Assembly (NCBI GenBank): GCA_963575745.1
Contig: CAUYUJ010000270.1
Span: forward strand, 186,001 to 250,000
Source: Prorocentrum cordatum
Taxonomy: Eukaryota
Direction of reading: 5' to 3'
DNA length: 64,000 bases
Part shown: piece by piece, positions 33,311 to 47,237 of the stretch
Position numbering within the stretch: position 1 is the first letter of the stretch
How the letters are laid out: each line of letters opens with the position of its first letter
The notes under the pieces: generated by a model
Told to the model about the DNA's origin: nothing
The model's input: only the letters and a program-made list of their open reading frames with translations
Database searches by the model: none
Program-made: the position numbers and the translations under genes

Positions 33311-36300
33311 ATTCTTCAATAGTTAGTGAGAGTTCAACAACGGCGACGACGACGACGACGACGAAAACGACGAAACGACGAGGATAACGACGACGACGAA
33401 CGAGACGAAAAACCACGGGGACGACGAAGATCACGACGACGACGACGACGACGACAACAACAACAACAATGGAGACGACGACAACTCGACAAGGACGACG
33501 ACGACGACGAACGAGATGGAAAACCACAGGGACGACGAAGGCCATCACGACCACGACGAGCATGAGGAGGACGAAGGGAAGGGGACGAAGAAAACGAATA
33601 GGGGACGAGCAGGACGAGCAGGATGACGAGCAGAGGAGTAAGGGCAGGAATGCAACCAGGGACGACGGGGACGGGGGCGAGTGGGAGGACGAGGAGGAAA
33701 CCAGGACGACGATGACGACGACGATCACGAAGACGACGAAGACGACGAAGACGACGACGGCAGCGACGCCAACCTCGAAACTGTCACAATCCGGACACCC
33801 CCAAATGGGAAGGATGTCGTAGGGGCGTCTCGGATACAACAATGGCCACTTTTGCATGCAGAACTTGTATATTTCTGGGCCCGGGGACAGGCGAGGCGGC
33901 GCTGGAGACGCCTGTCACCCGCCGCGCCGGCGCCGGCGCCTCTGGCGTCGAGCACCGCAACAAAAGCCTGCGAGCACTACAACGCGCTCGTGAGCGCAAC
34001 ACCATACTGCGCGCGCGACCGCCAGGCGGCCAGAAAAAACAGCATCCTGCCAGTACCACGTAGTGCGAGAGCGCTGCATGTGTACGCATCACCACGTGGG
34101 ACCCAGCCTGCAAGTGTCACTGCCGAAATAGCCTACGAGCGCCGCAACATATCCACGAGGGCGGGCAACGAGCCTGCGAACACTACAATAGCCTGCGAGC
34201 AGCGCACTATGCGAACACCAGTAGAACCTGCGAGCACAGAGCCTGCGAGCAGAACGCAAGTGCTACGACCGAGCCTTGCTACGAGGCTGGGGGCGCACTG
34301 CAGTGTGCGGGGTGGGGGGCGTTACGCGGGGGCGGATGTTACATCATGGGAGGGGGGGGTGCATAACGCGCGTTATGGCCCAGGCCTTTGAATAGCACTC
34401 TCCGCATTGTTTGCGCGGACAGCGCGATGACTTTGCAATCCCTTGATGTTTATAGTCGTTCGCCCTCTCTGTTGGGAGCCCAGGTGGTCGGAGACTTCTG
34501 CGTTGCCGCTCGTTCACGCTTGCTGTTGGGAACCACGGTGTTAAACCTCCATGACACGTGATTGGGGCCACTGGAATTACCAGAGACGCAGCATCAAGGC
34601 AGACAGCAAAGCCGCACGCGCCGCCCCCACGGCGCCCGAAGAGGAGCAATACATCGGGCTCACATCCCACCGCACAACCGGCGATAGCGAACCCCAAGGC
34701 TGTTGTTGTACAGCGCCGCGTTCCGGTGACCGTGCCATATATCAGCCTGTCAACACGAAAACGGTCCCCTGTTTGATCACCCGCGCACTCAATATCCTCG
34801 GCGGGAAGTGTTTTCAGAGGCCGCGCTGGTCGTCTTCTCGCAACGCTCCACCCTGGCGTGGATCCCAGAAGCGGCCTGCTGTGTCCTGGATGGCCGCTGG
34901 TCGGCTTGGGCCACACAAGTGTACATTTCTGGCATCGAGGTGGCGTCTCTGGCTTAGAAGCTACATCAAATCTTAGGACAAACGACACTGAGACAGGATA
35001 TGGGGGAAAACGGAAGAGGGGGAAAGAGGGGCACGGCAACGACAAAGAAGGAATCGGATGCAGAAGTGTGGCCCGCGATGGGGCCGGAGCGCCAATTTGA
35101 ATGACCAGCATAAAACACCGATCCTGGAATGGGGCCCAAGTTGGCACCAAAACGCCCCATTCGAAGGAACATGCCAACGAACGAGCGAGACAACCATATG
35201 CGACAAAGGCGCGTGGGCAAATGGCCCGGAAAAGGGGGACGACAAATATCATCGAATCCCGGCAAATCCGCGATCCCACTGCGTGGGATTGTTCATCCCC
35301 GAAGATCTACATCTACGACGGACTCCGCGAGTCCAAGCTATCGTGCGCACTGCTCCGTGCTCCTGCCGGGGCGTTAGGGCGCGAACAACAATGAAGTATG
35401 CTACATGTGGTCTCTTGCCCCTTTCAGGGCGCGCGATGGTGTCTGCCTCTGTTCCCCATAGCGCTGGGTTCAATATCTGCATCAGCTGCTCGTCGTCGCC
35501 GAAATGTGAACATGGTGAGCTGCATAAGCACTTGGCCCATTCCTGTTTGGGCCGACCAGGTCTTCTCGGATAAGCATCCGTTGCTGGCCAAACGCCGCCA
35601 GGCTGGAAAGTCAGCTGTCGTAGGAAATCAGAATCCGGAGCACAACCGATCCCCCCGAAGAGTACGAGCTGTTGATGTAGAAAGTGAGCTTGCATGGTAG
35701 TTGTCCGGCCTGCTCCAGAACGCTGCTGCTGGGCATCCGTAAGACGAATGACGGAGGTATGTGTAATATCTCACGCGAGCCCCGCGCTTGAAATCCGCCA
35801 AGCCGCCTTCTCCCCGACAGATTCGACCAAGCTGTATTCAGAGAGTGCGCGCCTGAAATTACTTCAGCTTCCGCCGCGTTCTGACCGCTGCGCGCTTCCA
35901 TGCCCTGTCATATCCTGCAAACTCCATCCGCGCAGCTCCAATTCGTCGATTCTGCTTTGTGTTAACCCGGCCGCGATTGTACAATGTAGCTCCCAAGTGC
36001 GTCAGGCACGCCTTTTCCGCGATTTGTTGCCCCACTGGCGTTCGCAACCCCACGCTGCCATTGATTCGGGCAATCTGAAATTTGCCCCAGCGCAGCTCCA
36101 TTCCTACATTGGCTCCTGGTGCAGCAGTGCACTCCAGGAGATCATGTAGTCGGTCCTGGCGACTCTCAATGGGCAGCGCGTCGTCGGCGCACAACAGCAG
36201 TTGCAGGCCCCCGGCGCGCGTGTCGGATCGTTCGCCTGCGAGCTTGCTGGCCGCATCCCGCGCCACAACTGCCATCGACATAACAAAAGAAAAGGTGACA

Positions 36301-37334
36301 GAGGGCATCCTTGATAAGATCCGGCCAATTGCGCTCGCTCCGACGATTGTCGCCCCATCCGCCACGCAAAGCCGCCGCCCGCCGACGATCTCCCAAATCG
36401 GCGCGAGCATCTTCAGCGGCGCCCCGAAGCCGCGCAAAGCGGCCAGCAGGGCATCGACGTCGATCGAACCGAGTGCTTTGTTTCGATCCAAGGCTGCGAA
36501 CGTCGCGAAGTTCGACGAGACGGCGCACTGCGTGAATTGCGTCAAGGGCACCTCGCCCGCGTCAGAAGCCGCGCTGAGTCTTTGTCGGCCGGTCTTCCGC
36601 CCCTGCCCGTTGGAATCGCAGTGGGGCGGTGGGGGGGGGGCTGGCCATTAACTGGCGCGCGACGCTCAACAAACCGATTGGTCGGTACTTTCGCACCACT
36701 GCACGGGCCCTTTGCCCTTATACATCGCACTGCCCCTCGAGCGCCGCCGCGCTTCTGGCGCGGCGTTTTCATCCCAAACTGCGCTGCGCAATGGCGCAAT
36801 CCATTGCAGTCCGCGCGGTGTCTGCGACGCTGACTCCAATGATCTACTGGCACGCCGTCGGGCCCCGACGATTTTCCCCACTTGAGTCTGCGGACTGCCA
36901 CCCCCGCTTCACTCGCTGTGAATGCAGATTCGTCTGCCGGGAGGTCGTTCCCGACTGGCTCATTGTCCGCCAGATCAGGTTTGCTGGACGCACTCGCCAT
37001 TGAACTTGCTTCGGAAAGTCCGCGATCGCATCCGCTCGTTCTCGGCTTTCGACGAGTCCCCTCCGGAGAGTCTGTCGGCGCCCTTGTTTGCGTTGTCACG
37101 GGCGGCAGCATTTCCGGATGCCCCCCAGTTGCCAGCGGCAATGTGGATCCATCCAGTCCGTCCTATCAAACTTGCGCGATGCACGGGCTTCTTCTAGAAG
37201 GCGCCGCCCCCCCGGGCGATCGCTGCGATTGAGGGCCCGACTGAGTTGCATCAGCTCCAAGGTGCGCTCGGACGCCCAAGGCTGCTTGGCTTCTTCCCGG
37301 CGCATGAGAGGCGCCGCAATCGCACCCATGACTG

Positions 37335-39235
37335 CGTTCGCCCCTTGCCCCCACAAAGAAACCACATCGCGATGTACACGAATATCGCCGGTAACCTCGT
37401 CTTAGAAAGCGTCGACACAAACGTAGACTTTACTTCCGGGTCCCGGAGCAAACTCCCGTCTCTGGGAAGCGCGCGCGAAATTGGCATCTCCGCACGTAGG
37501 TTAACGATGTCCACGGTCACCAATTAGCGATCTGCGGCGAGAGCTGCTTGTCGGCGGCGGCGCAAAGACCGCGCGTGTCCAAGAGCAGCGGCGTCGCACA
37601 ACGCGCGATCGAACAATTTCTCTGCTCCTCCGCGGCGCCCCCCGAAGGCAGCGCCCCCGCCCCCGCGAACGCGACGGCCTGTTCCAAGGGCCGTCAACTC
37701 AATATTCACCGGTCGCAGGCCCAGTCCAAGACGACGCTCGAGCGACAACTCTCGAATGGCAGCGCCGACTGAGCGAAGTGCTCGTCTGCCCCGCGCAAAT
37801 GGCCCAACTACGTATCATTCCCCCGCGGCCGCACGCCCTGGTCATAGTTAGACATTCGTGCACCCCGTGGTGACCTCGTCCGCTGTCGCGGAACAAATCT
37901 GGAACTCGGAATCCAGAGCCACCCGGAACTCTCGTCGTTCAAGCAGAGACTTCAAATGGCGGGCGCGCGCGCAGAAGACCCCGAGCACGCGGCGGCCGAA
38001 CTTAATCTTCAGTTGAACTAACACATCAGCAATTTGCGCGCACGTCTCGATGAAAGGCGCGCGGCTAGGATAACTTACGAAGCCGACCCCAGACCCCGAC
38101 GCGCAGCGCGCATCGGCCCCTGGAAGACTCGCGCGCCCACCGGCGCTCTCGTCGACGCAATCCTCGGCGCGCGTCTGCCGTGCGCGGAAAATGAAAATGT
38201 CGTACTCCTGCATCTGATGCGCGAGTTCCGCAAATTCCCGGTCGGCGAGGCCGCGAGCGTTCCGCGCGGCGCATCGCCGCGCCATGAGCCATTCGCCCCT
38301 TGCCCCCGCAACGAATCCACATCGCGATGTCCACGAATATCGCCGGCAATCCCGTCGTAGAAAACGTCGACAAACATAGGCTGTACTTCCGGGTCCCGGA
38401 GCAGACTCATGTCTCTCGGATGCGCGCGTGAAGCTGGCATCTCCACACGCGGGTTAACGATGTCCACGGTAACCAGATAATGATATGCGGCGGCAGCTGC
38501 TTGTCGGCGGCTGCGCGAAGATTGCGCGCGTGCAAAATTAGCGGCGCCCCATAACACACGGTCAAAACAATTGTTCTGCTCCTCCGCGGCGCCACCCAAC
38601 GGCAGCGCCCCCGCCCCCTGCGGCAGCGGCGGCCTGTTCCAAGGGCCGGTCACAATAAGTACTTACTAGTCCCAGGCCCAGCCCAAGACATCACTCGAGC
38701 GACGCATCTCGATTAGGAACGTCGACTGAGCGGAGTGCTCGTCTGCCCCGCGCGAATGGCCCAACTACTTGCGATTCTCCGGCTTCCGCGAGCCCCACTC
38801 TGGAACACGCGCCCCGCATGATGGGCCCCCCCGCAATCGCGGAAAGATCTGGGGCGCGGAACCCAGAGACCCCAGATTTCTCGCCGTTCCGACAACAACT
38901 TCAAATGGCGGGGGGCGCGCCCGCAGAAGACTCCGAGCACGCGGCGGCCGAACTTAATCTTCAGTCGAACCATCATATCAGACATTTGCAGGAACGACTT
39001 GATGCGAAGCGCACGGCGTGGACAAGAAAAGAGTCCAACGACAGACCACGACGCGCCATCCGCGCCAGCCCCTGAAAGAAATGCGCGGCTCCCGGCGCCC
39101 TGGCCGACGTAATCCCCAGCTTGTGTCTGCCGTCCTTCTTGCGCGCGTAGGATGTGGATGTCGCACGGTCGCACATGGTTCGCGTGCCCCGCAAATTTCT
39201 GGTCGGTGAGGCGACGAGCGTTCCATGCGGCACGA
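37335..39235 (-). repeat. Diverged ~950-bp tandem duplication of the LINE endonuclease region
   Basis: For example CCACATCGCGATGT(A/C)CACGAATATCGCCGG at ~37362 and ~38317, TACTTCCGGGTCCCGGAGCA at 37431 and 38384, GCGGCCGAACTTAATCTTCAG at ~37992 and ~38944. Confidence 0.85.
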
Positions 39236-39544
39236 CTACAAGCCCTGGGCTTCACCGTTGTCGCGAAGTTGAGCCTCCAAGGGTAAATCGATTGGGTGGT
39301 CACCCGAAGTCAGCATCCCCAGAAGGTGAAACAGCCCTGCGCCCATGGCGCCATAACTGTCCCTTCTCCGCACCTTTGCTCATTCGAGCTCGACTCTGCG
39401 CGAGGCGGCCCTTTGTTTTCTGCTGGATATCCGCCCATTCTTGCGCATTGTGAAGATCTCCCCACGCGGCCCAGTCCTGATCAAACCAACGAATGGCGTC
39501 ATCGATCAAAACTTGCGCCGTCATGATAGGCGGCCCACCTGCCT

Positions 39545-40216
39545 TCAAGACTCCAACCCCCGCTGCGACAACATATACCACAAGCTCAACAACAAAGAAT
39601 TGACGACTCGAGCTGCCACTGGGCAGTCGGCATTGCACCACATCCGTCTGCTCCCTTCTCTAGGATTTGAGATGTTGGAACAGAGGTCCTCCACAGATGT
39701 TTGCGTTTTCTGCGCGAAAGTGTCAATGAAAATCGTGCCCTTGAAATCCTCTTCTGGCGGTCTTTTCTTGTAGATCTTCGTAGGGGTGTCGATATTGCCG
39801 TCCTCCAGAGCCTGTCGAAGCCAGCGTTCTGCCCCTTGAAGAGCGGCGTGCGATAAGCCACCGGATGCGATGGTCGATGTGTCCCCTGATGCTGCCGACG
39901 GCTTCCGTAGCTCCGACGAGGCTTGACGTTCAAGATCATGGAGCTTGGCTTCAAGATCAGTGCTCCCCGATCGGGCTGACGTTGCAGATGCGCTTCTCGC
40001 CGAAGCAGGCCTGGACGGGTTCGCCTCAGGCACCTCGATCCTCTTCGTGATATCATCCGCCGTGTGCTTCAACGGGTCCACGGCTTCCAGGAGGTCCTTC
40101 TGGGAGACTCCATGTGCCTTGATGGCCTCGATGTCCATCTGGATCGGCCGTAACTTCTCCTTCAAGAGCTTGCAGAAAGCCTCCATGGTGACGAGCGCCC
40201 CTGCTGAATAAGCCAT
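39545..40216 (-). pseudogene. LINE ORF1-like coiled-coil protein remnant
   Basis: MEAFCKLLKEKLRPIQMDIEAIK...DLEAKLHDLERQ, located between the SL relics and the endonuclease region. Confidence 0.55.
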
Positions 40217-40511
40217 GCTAGCGCCGCTCGCCGGCCCAGCATCAGCAAAACGACGTTGGAAATGATCCTGTAGACCACGAAGTCCATTTTCGTCAACTCT
40301 GACTGTTGAATTTCCCGCTCGTGCTACTTTATTATCTGCCGATTTGAACACTCCCTTAACTGGGGTCTCCGTGTGGTGCTTTTCAGCCAGCATTTTCATG
40401 ACAATTGCCAAGAACAGATCAACCATAAGCAATCGGAACATGTGGTGGTGTGAAAGAACTTGGAAGGTAAAATGTAAGAACGTAAGCTGTAAGAGGTTGT
40501 TAGCCTTGTGT

Positions 40512-40536
40512 CTTGAGCCTTGATGCCTTGAGCCAA
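40512..40536 (-). promoter_or_regulatory. Two tandem spliced-leader relics at the LINE 5' end
   Basis: Minus strand reads TTGGCTCAAG-GCATCAA-GGCTCAAG. Confidence 0.6.
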
Positions 40537-43500
40537 TGTGCACCAAAAAACACGCAGGAGTGGCGGGGCCAGGGCTGCACACTATCAGGGGAAATGAAAA
40601 TAAGGAAGTAGTACTCGTATTGGGTAGTTGTACCGTGGATGTGGAGGCTACTTCACATGTTGGCCTTCCTCAGCCGTTTCCTCCTCGTCCTCCTCCCACT
40701 CGTGCCCCCACACTTCGCCCCTGCGCCCCCCGTCGTTGCCGCCGACATCGACCCCATAGCCTGTCTTGGAATTCCTCCCGACTACGATTTCAAAGCGACT
40801 CCATCCGTGGCCACGGGACCCCCGAAAGCCTTCGCCTCGCATCGCCTTCGTCCCTGTCGGCGGCATCGGCAACGACGGCGTCGGCGCCAGCGTGCGCAGC
40901 GTCGGCGTCAAAGCCAGCGTCATCGTCGGCGGCGTCGGCGCTGGCGTTTGGCGCCGGCGCCGGCGACGGCGTAGGCGACGGCGTCGGCGCCAGCGTCCGG
41001 CGTCGTTGGCCAACGGCCACCTGTCGGGGGTGGAGGGGCCTTGAGCTGCCCCAGCTTGTCCTCGCGGCGGCGGCTGCTGCTGCTGCCGGGAGCGGTGGAG
41101 GGCGGGCCCGCTTCGAAGCAGAAGCGACACCACCACCAGCAGGCCAGCTCCAACGAGGAGGTCCGCGATGCCTCCCCGAGATGGAATGGCCCGGGCGGGA
41201 CGCGGCAAGGCAGGGGACCACACCACATCACCAGGAGGGACCTCCTTGGCTCTTGCCGCTGGTGGTGGTGTCATTTTTTCTGGACCCTGCCACGGGGGGT
41301 ACGCGCGCCCTGGCGACGCCGTGCGAGAGGAGTGGAATAGCATCGACTCCTGAGCAGGAGCAGCGGCATAGAGGGGGACCAGGGAGAAAGGATTTAAATC
41401 GAAAAAACGTCCCATACATACAAGTTGTACACGTTGTGGACTTTGTCCCTTCGTCCGAACTCTAGCTTGGAATGCGTGGTCCGAAAATGTTCAACAAATA
41501 GATCTCGTCTTAGCTCCATGCTAATCCGTCATGCTGTTTGTCATGAGTGACGGTCCATGTATGACAAGTGCTGATGCCACACCTTGCCGCACACCTTCGC
41601 AATAAGATGTCTTGATTACGTTAATAGAGGACAGCTCGCTTTCAAAATGCCACTCTCGCCCTAACACCGCGCACATCTGTCGTAACCGTGCACAACGAGT
41701 ACACAGATCAAGATGGCCAGTCTTCTGAATCATGCTCGCGCCCACTCGCCACGCAATCTCGTCTTAAGATCCTTCTGCAATTGTACTGGCGGAAGGCAGC
41801 TCGCTTTCAAAAGGTGGCCCTCGCCTCGGCACCGCGCCTCTTCTCAAGATCGTCGAGAAGGCATAGATGGCGGTCTGTCGTCGGCATCGTCCGAACGCCG
41901 CCCACCAGTTATAATTCGGATGGAGGACGGTTCCATTTAAAATCGCGGTTCTCGCCTGAGACTTCCTCATATCATGGCGCCACGCCGTATGACACTTGAG
42001 TTCCCCAAACAGCTACACGGATGGAGGGCGGTACATGTTCAAGAGGCGGCGATCGCCTGGAGATTTGCTTGGATGCCGCATCCATGGAGCCGAGAGCCCG
42101 CAACCATTGCACAGATCGACAGCGAATCCTTTTCCCAAGAGAGGTTCCTGCGTAGGAGGGCATTACGCCTTGCAGCCATGAAACTTGTGACTTCTAGCGG
42201 CCGCAAGGATGGAGGGTGGCTACCCTTCGAGACCGAGCGCTCGCCCGAGGCCGCCCGACCGGACAAGCAAAGACTCGACATCACATCCCCACTAGAACCT
42301 ATCTCTGCGGGCGCTCCTAAGCATTCGGGCAATGCCTCGTCTCTCCGGCGGCCGTTCGGGACGATTACGGCACCTCCGGAATGCTCTCGACAAGGCGCAG
42401 CAAATGGAAACCACAACGGGCCCCGAAAACAGCCGACACTTTCGGGAAACTTTCCAACACCCCCCCTCAGCGTAATGCGCATTGCTGTGAACGCTCCTGC
42501 CAGCGGCACGGTGGTCTGGTTGCGATATGGGCAACCCTCCAACGCCCTCGGCGAGGCACAACTGCAGGAAAGCATCCCGAGTCCTGAACAGCGTTAGACA
42601 CCGAGGGAGACATGCGTTTGCAAACGTGTTTCGTCCTGGATGCGAGAATGTGGAGCGCAGTCTCGTCTCGGACTGGCAGCGTGCTGCACCGTCACGCCAC
42701 CAGGCCTCAGCATCGAGACCCACGCAGGGCTCCCGCCGCGAAGGGCACAGTGAGGGCCCTCGACTCTCTCCGGCGGGCGCTCTCGCCGCGGTGAGGGGAA
42801 GTGCCTGCACCGACCTGCTGTGCGGGGACTTCGGCCTGCTCCCCCCCATCCGTTCTCTGGAAAAAGACAACAACTGCATGATCAGAAATTTTGGGAGCTC
42901 TGCGAACATTTCTTGGGTCGGCGCTGGCCGCCCCTGGGGGCGCCCCCGGCGCCGCCCACGGCGGGCTCCGCGCGCAAGAGAACAGGGTCCAACGCCACTT
43001 CAAGAAATATGTGCGGACCTCAAAGGATTATGTTTATGACGACCTCTCTTCTTCGACTCCCTCGCTCCCTGACGCCCCTCTCCCCCTCATCCTCGATCCT
43101 CGAACACATCTACAACCACACACAAAAAAACTGCACCTGGTTGCGGGGACCAGGGGTGGCAATCATAATTAAATTTGGCGCGTCGCTCGGTCTGGGTGGA
43201 CGGACACCGCTTCACGACCCACGATTGAAGGCGATGGTCGTGCCGACTACGTTGCGTGCCAAGCGTGGAACCGATCACCATGTTTCACGGCGAGGCTGGG
43301 CGGCAGCCGCAAGAAAAATCATAACACGAACAAGCGTTTCACCTTCGGACGGAAAAACCGGCACGAAGAAGAACTCGAAAACGCGGGGGATCGGATCGCG
43401 AATTTGCTGCTGGGGCACAGGCGGGGGAGGGAAGCGGGCTGCGCGAGGTCGAGGCCCCCAGGCATACGGCTGGCTTCGCTGAGCCAGGGGATGTGGGATG

Positions 43501-44564
43501 TCGGCGGGAAGCGGCCCAGGGGACGGGGCCTCGGCGATGGGCAGCGCGGGCTGCCGATGCTTCGCGAAAAAAGGGCAGCACAGAACGGCACTTACCAGCC
43601 GGGGCGCGGTACATGTTGGGACCGCGAGTGGCGGCGCCCGACATGCACCCCGCCCCGCTGGCTAGGTGTAGTTCTATAAGTGCTCCGTTTTGCAAGGATG
43701 TCTCCGGCGAAACCAGCACGTACAGAACTACACCTAGTGCCTGGCCAAGTGTAGTTCTGAACGTGCTGGATGTCTCGCGCGGGGCGAGGACGTACAGACC
43801 GGCACCTAGGGAAAGGGACGGCGTACAGGTCGGGTGCGTCGTCGCGCTCCGCCCGCAGAGTCAGGAAGGCAAGGGCTGCTGAACCCTCTGCCGGCCTCCG
43901 GGCGGAGGTGTTTGAACGTCCCAGGGCAATCCGAAGGAATTCCAACTGCGGCCTCCGCCCCCGTCCCTCCCCCATATCGGCGCATATCGCCAGGACACTA
44001 TGTTTCCCATTCCCTCCCGCTGTTTTGCCCTCCCCCTCCCCCGTTCTTCCTCTACCTGCCGCCCTCCATGTCCCTGAGCATTTCTTAATTGCCCCTGGCC
44101 CCTGCGTGGCGGCAAACGCCCGCCCCCCCCCCGCAGCTGAAAGACTCACCTTGCGCTCATCCTCCAATCCGCTCGCGAGGCGCAATTCTTGATTCCAGAC
44201 TGACACTGGCAAGCGACGCCGAGGCCCCGTCAAATCCAACAGGCGCGATCGGCCCCGTCGAATGGCGGGCGAACCGAAAAGTAAGACGATGTCGCAAAAG
44301 TAAGTTTAGAATTTTCGGATCCGCGCAAGAGGGTAATCCAGTCGCCTAAAGTGTAGTTCAGTGCCTGTCCTCCCTCCCTCCTCTACATTCCCCCCATCCC
44401 TCCCGCTTCCCTCCTCCTCGTCCATGTGCTGCTCCACCATCATTTCTCCTGAAAACAACTCCTCCCTGTCGCACCCCCAGACGTGTCAGTAGGGCACGCC
44501 AAGCGTTTCGCATGGGACATCCTCACAACTTCTGGTCCTGAAGCTTGAACTTTGCGATAGCTTC

Positions 44565-44880
44565 ACGGACGGAGGGCGGGTGATTGTTTAAATGTGGCTG
44601 TCGCCTTTGAGCCGCGCGCATTCGTCTTCAGCGTTTGCAGCACTTTCGACAATGGAGGGCGGGTCGTTTTCAAAATGGGGTTCACGCCCAAGCGCCGCGC
44701 ACATTCACCTTACACGTTCACAACTGTCTTAAGGGTGGAAGACACATCATTTTCCAAATGCGGTTCTCGCGTTAGTGCCGCGCACATTCGTCTGTAATGT
44801 TTGCATCAGCTTCAAAGATGGAGGGCGGTGCATTTTCAAAATGTGGCTGTCATCTTAGCGCAGCGCACATTCGTCCGACA
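44565..44880 (+). repeat. ~82-nt degenerate tandem repeat, 4 units (GGAGGGCGG..TTTTCAAAATG..GCCGCGCACATTC)
   Basis: Direct reading. Confidence 0.75.
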
Positions 44881-45634
44881 AGTTTGAAACGGTTGCAAGG
44901 ACTTGTATGTTTGACGTCCCAGGAACGTTGTTGTGGCACGATGCAGGATTGCCAGGACGCAGCAACAATCACGTTGATTCGCGGTGTTAATCTCCCAGGA
45001 GCTATGTCGTCGCACCTTTTGGGATTGCCAGGGCGCAGCAGTCACGGTGAGCGAGGATACATAATTGTAGGAAGCTCTGAAAATGGAACCTGGACGGAGG
45101 GTGTGTTGCAACATCGTTGATGCGTCTTGGGTTTACACTGGTCCTCCTCGTCCTCCTCGTCCTCCTCCTGCGCCTCCTGCTCCTCCTCCTCCTCCTCCCC
45201 TTCGAAAGGGGCCTCCAAACCCGTGGGCCTTCTCTAGAACCTGGTCCCCCACATCCCGCAGCAAACGTCACTAGGGTCGGGAGAAAAGACGCATGTTTGA
45301 AAGGTCGGGGCGGGATGCATTATTGAGCTGGCTTGTCGAATCCCCACCACGGTGGCACGGAGTGGACGAATTATTCAGCTGGCGTCGCTTCGTCATCGTC
45401 TTGCTAGAATTCAAGCTTGGGAGCTTGAAGCAAGCGATGAGCTCCGTGCCAAACGCTGCGCTCTATGTACCGCTTTGCGATGCCATGGCCGCACTTCGTT
45501 GTCATCATACTTGCCGCTCGTGTAACGCATTCGGCCCACTTACGTCTAACACCTTCATGTTCAAGGTCATGCGACTACATACTTAGCGTGACGGTCACAC
45601 GTGTCATTCGCATCGCCGTGAACACCGGCCGAGT

Positions 45635-46244
45635 CGCCATCGTCGCCATCATAATCATCATCCAAAGCAACCTCAGTTTCCTCATCATCGGCATCATGAT
45701 CATCATCATCAGCAGCATCATCATCACCACCATCACCATCATCATCATCAGCGTCATCATCGTCATCTTCCCCACCATCAACAACATCATCAATACCATC
45801 ATTCCCAAGATCACAATCAGCATCGCCGTCCTCATCTGCATCCTCATCCTCAGCATCAGCATCACCGCCATGGTGAATGGCATCATCATCAGCACCACCA
45901 CCAGACAAAATACCATCACAATCACCAGCATCATCATCGTCACAATGATAATGATACTGATCCTGATCATGATGCTGACTATCAGCATCATCAAAATCCT
46001 CGCCATCCGCATATGCAGCATCATCCTCATCACAAGCATCATCATCAGTATCATAATCCTCATCAGCATGATCATTCCCATCAGCATCAACAGCAGCGTC
46101 ATCAGCATCAGCATCGTCATCATCACCATCATAAGCAGTGCCACCATCATCATCATCATCATCCTCATCCTCATCCTCATCATCATCATCATCATCATCA
46201 GTATCATCATCAGCAGCACAAGACATCACCATCAGCATCAACAG

Positions 46245-46279
<35 letters not shown>

Positions 46280-46440
46280 CCCTGACCAGCATCGTCATCG
46301 TCATCGTCATCATCAGCATCACCATCATCATCAGCATCATCACCATCAGCAGCAACACCATCATGTTCACCACCATCATCATTGTCGTCATCGTCGTCGT
46401 CGTTGTCTTCGTCGTTGTCGTCGTCGTTGTCGTCGTTCTT
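45635..46440 (+). repeat. Degenerate (ATC)n/(GTC)n microsatellite
   Basis: Explains the poly-Ile, poly-His, poly-Met and poly-Asp ORFs in this interval. Confidence 0.95.
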
Positions 46441-47237
46441 ACGAAACTTGAATTTCCCTCTGGGGGAAGAATTGGAAGTAGTTGCCCCCCCCCCCTGTGA
46501 AGGGGGGGGGCACGGGGTATCAAACCGCCCAAGCAAGGGAAAGCCTGTATGTTTGACGCGGGCCATGGAGCCAACACCCTGGAACCTCCGAATACGAGTC
46601 CTTCTTCCCTTGGCAAAGGACTGCCCCGCGATAGGGTCCCGTATCTCCCTGTCCACCCCCCTCTCGCCTCCTCCTCCTCCTCCTCCTCCTCCTCCTCCTC
46701 CTCCTCCTCCTGTGTCTCCTTCTCCTCCTCCTCCTCCTCCTCCTCCTCCTCCTCCTCCTCCTCCTCCCTCCTCCCGCCTGCCCCCGACCATCCCTGTCCG
46801 TTATTATTCCTCCCTTCTCCTCGTCATCGTCCTTCTCCTCGTCCTCTTCTTCACTCGTCGTTCCTCCTTCTTCTCCTCCTCCTCCTCCTTCTCCTCCCTC
46901 CCTCCTCCTCCTTCTCCTCCTCCCTCCTCCTCCTCCTCTTTCCCTCCCTCCGTCCCTCCCTCCATTCGCCCCTCCCCCTCCTCCACCATTCTCGGGAATG
47001 GGCAAAACCCCCTTTAGTAAAAATTGGTTTAATGAAAACGACCTCGGGCCCAAACCTGGCATGGGCAAGCCTGGAAAATGACGGCCGCGGCGCCCTCTCG
47101 AGAACCGAAAACGGACAATTCACTAGTCGACGTGTCAGAGGGGGGGTTCTGTCCACCCCCGAATTACACAATACCTTTACGACCCTCCTTCAGGTAATAA
47201 GAAGGTTGTGGGGGGGGAAGGGGGGGAAATCAACATC

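Larger units (their letters stand above)
35450..40550 (-). mobile_element. Degenerate non-LTR retrotransposon (LINE with APE endonuclease and RT)
   Basis: Frameshifted remnants: ORF1 (~40216-39550); APE WNARRL/RAQE (~39230-39140); RT KWGKSSGPDGVP (~36880), QGCPLSPFL (~36300), LLCADDA (CADDA at 36177-36191), THLGA, RRIGAARMEF; C-terminal RRPGRPKQEW (~35560). Confidence 0.85.

Noticed and set aside
41400..43400. ORFs of 170-220 aa in complex sequence
   Set aside because: No recognisable motifs; possibly a very decayed element but not supportable.
45465..46616. Ile-rich membrane protein and poly-Asp/Met ORFs
   Set aside because: Artefacts of an (ATC)n microsatellite that is open in most frames.
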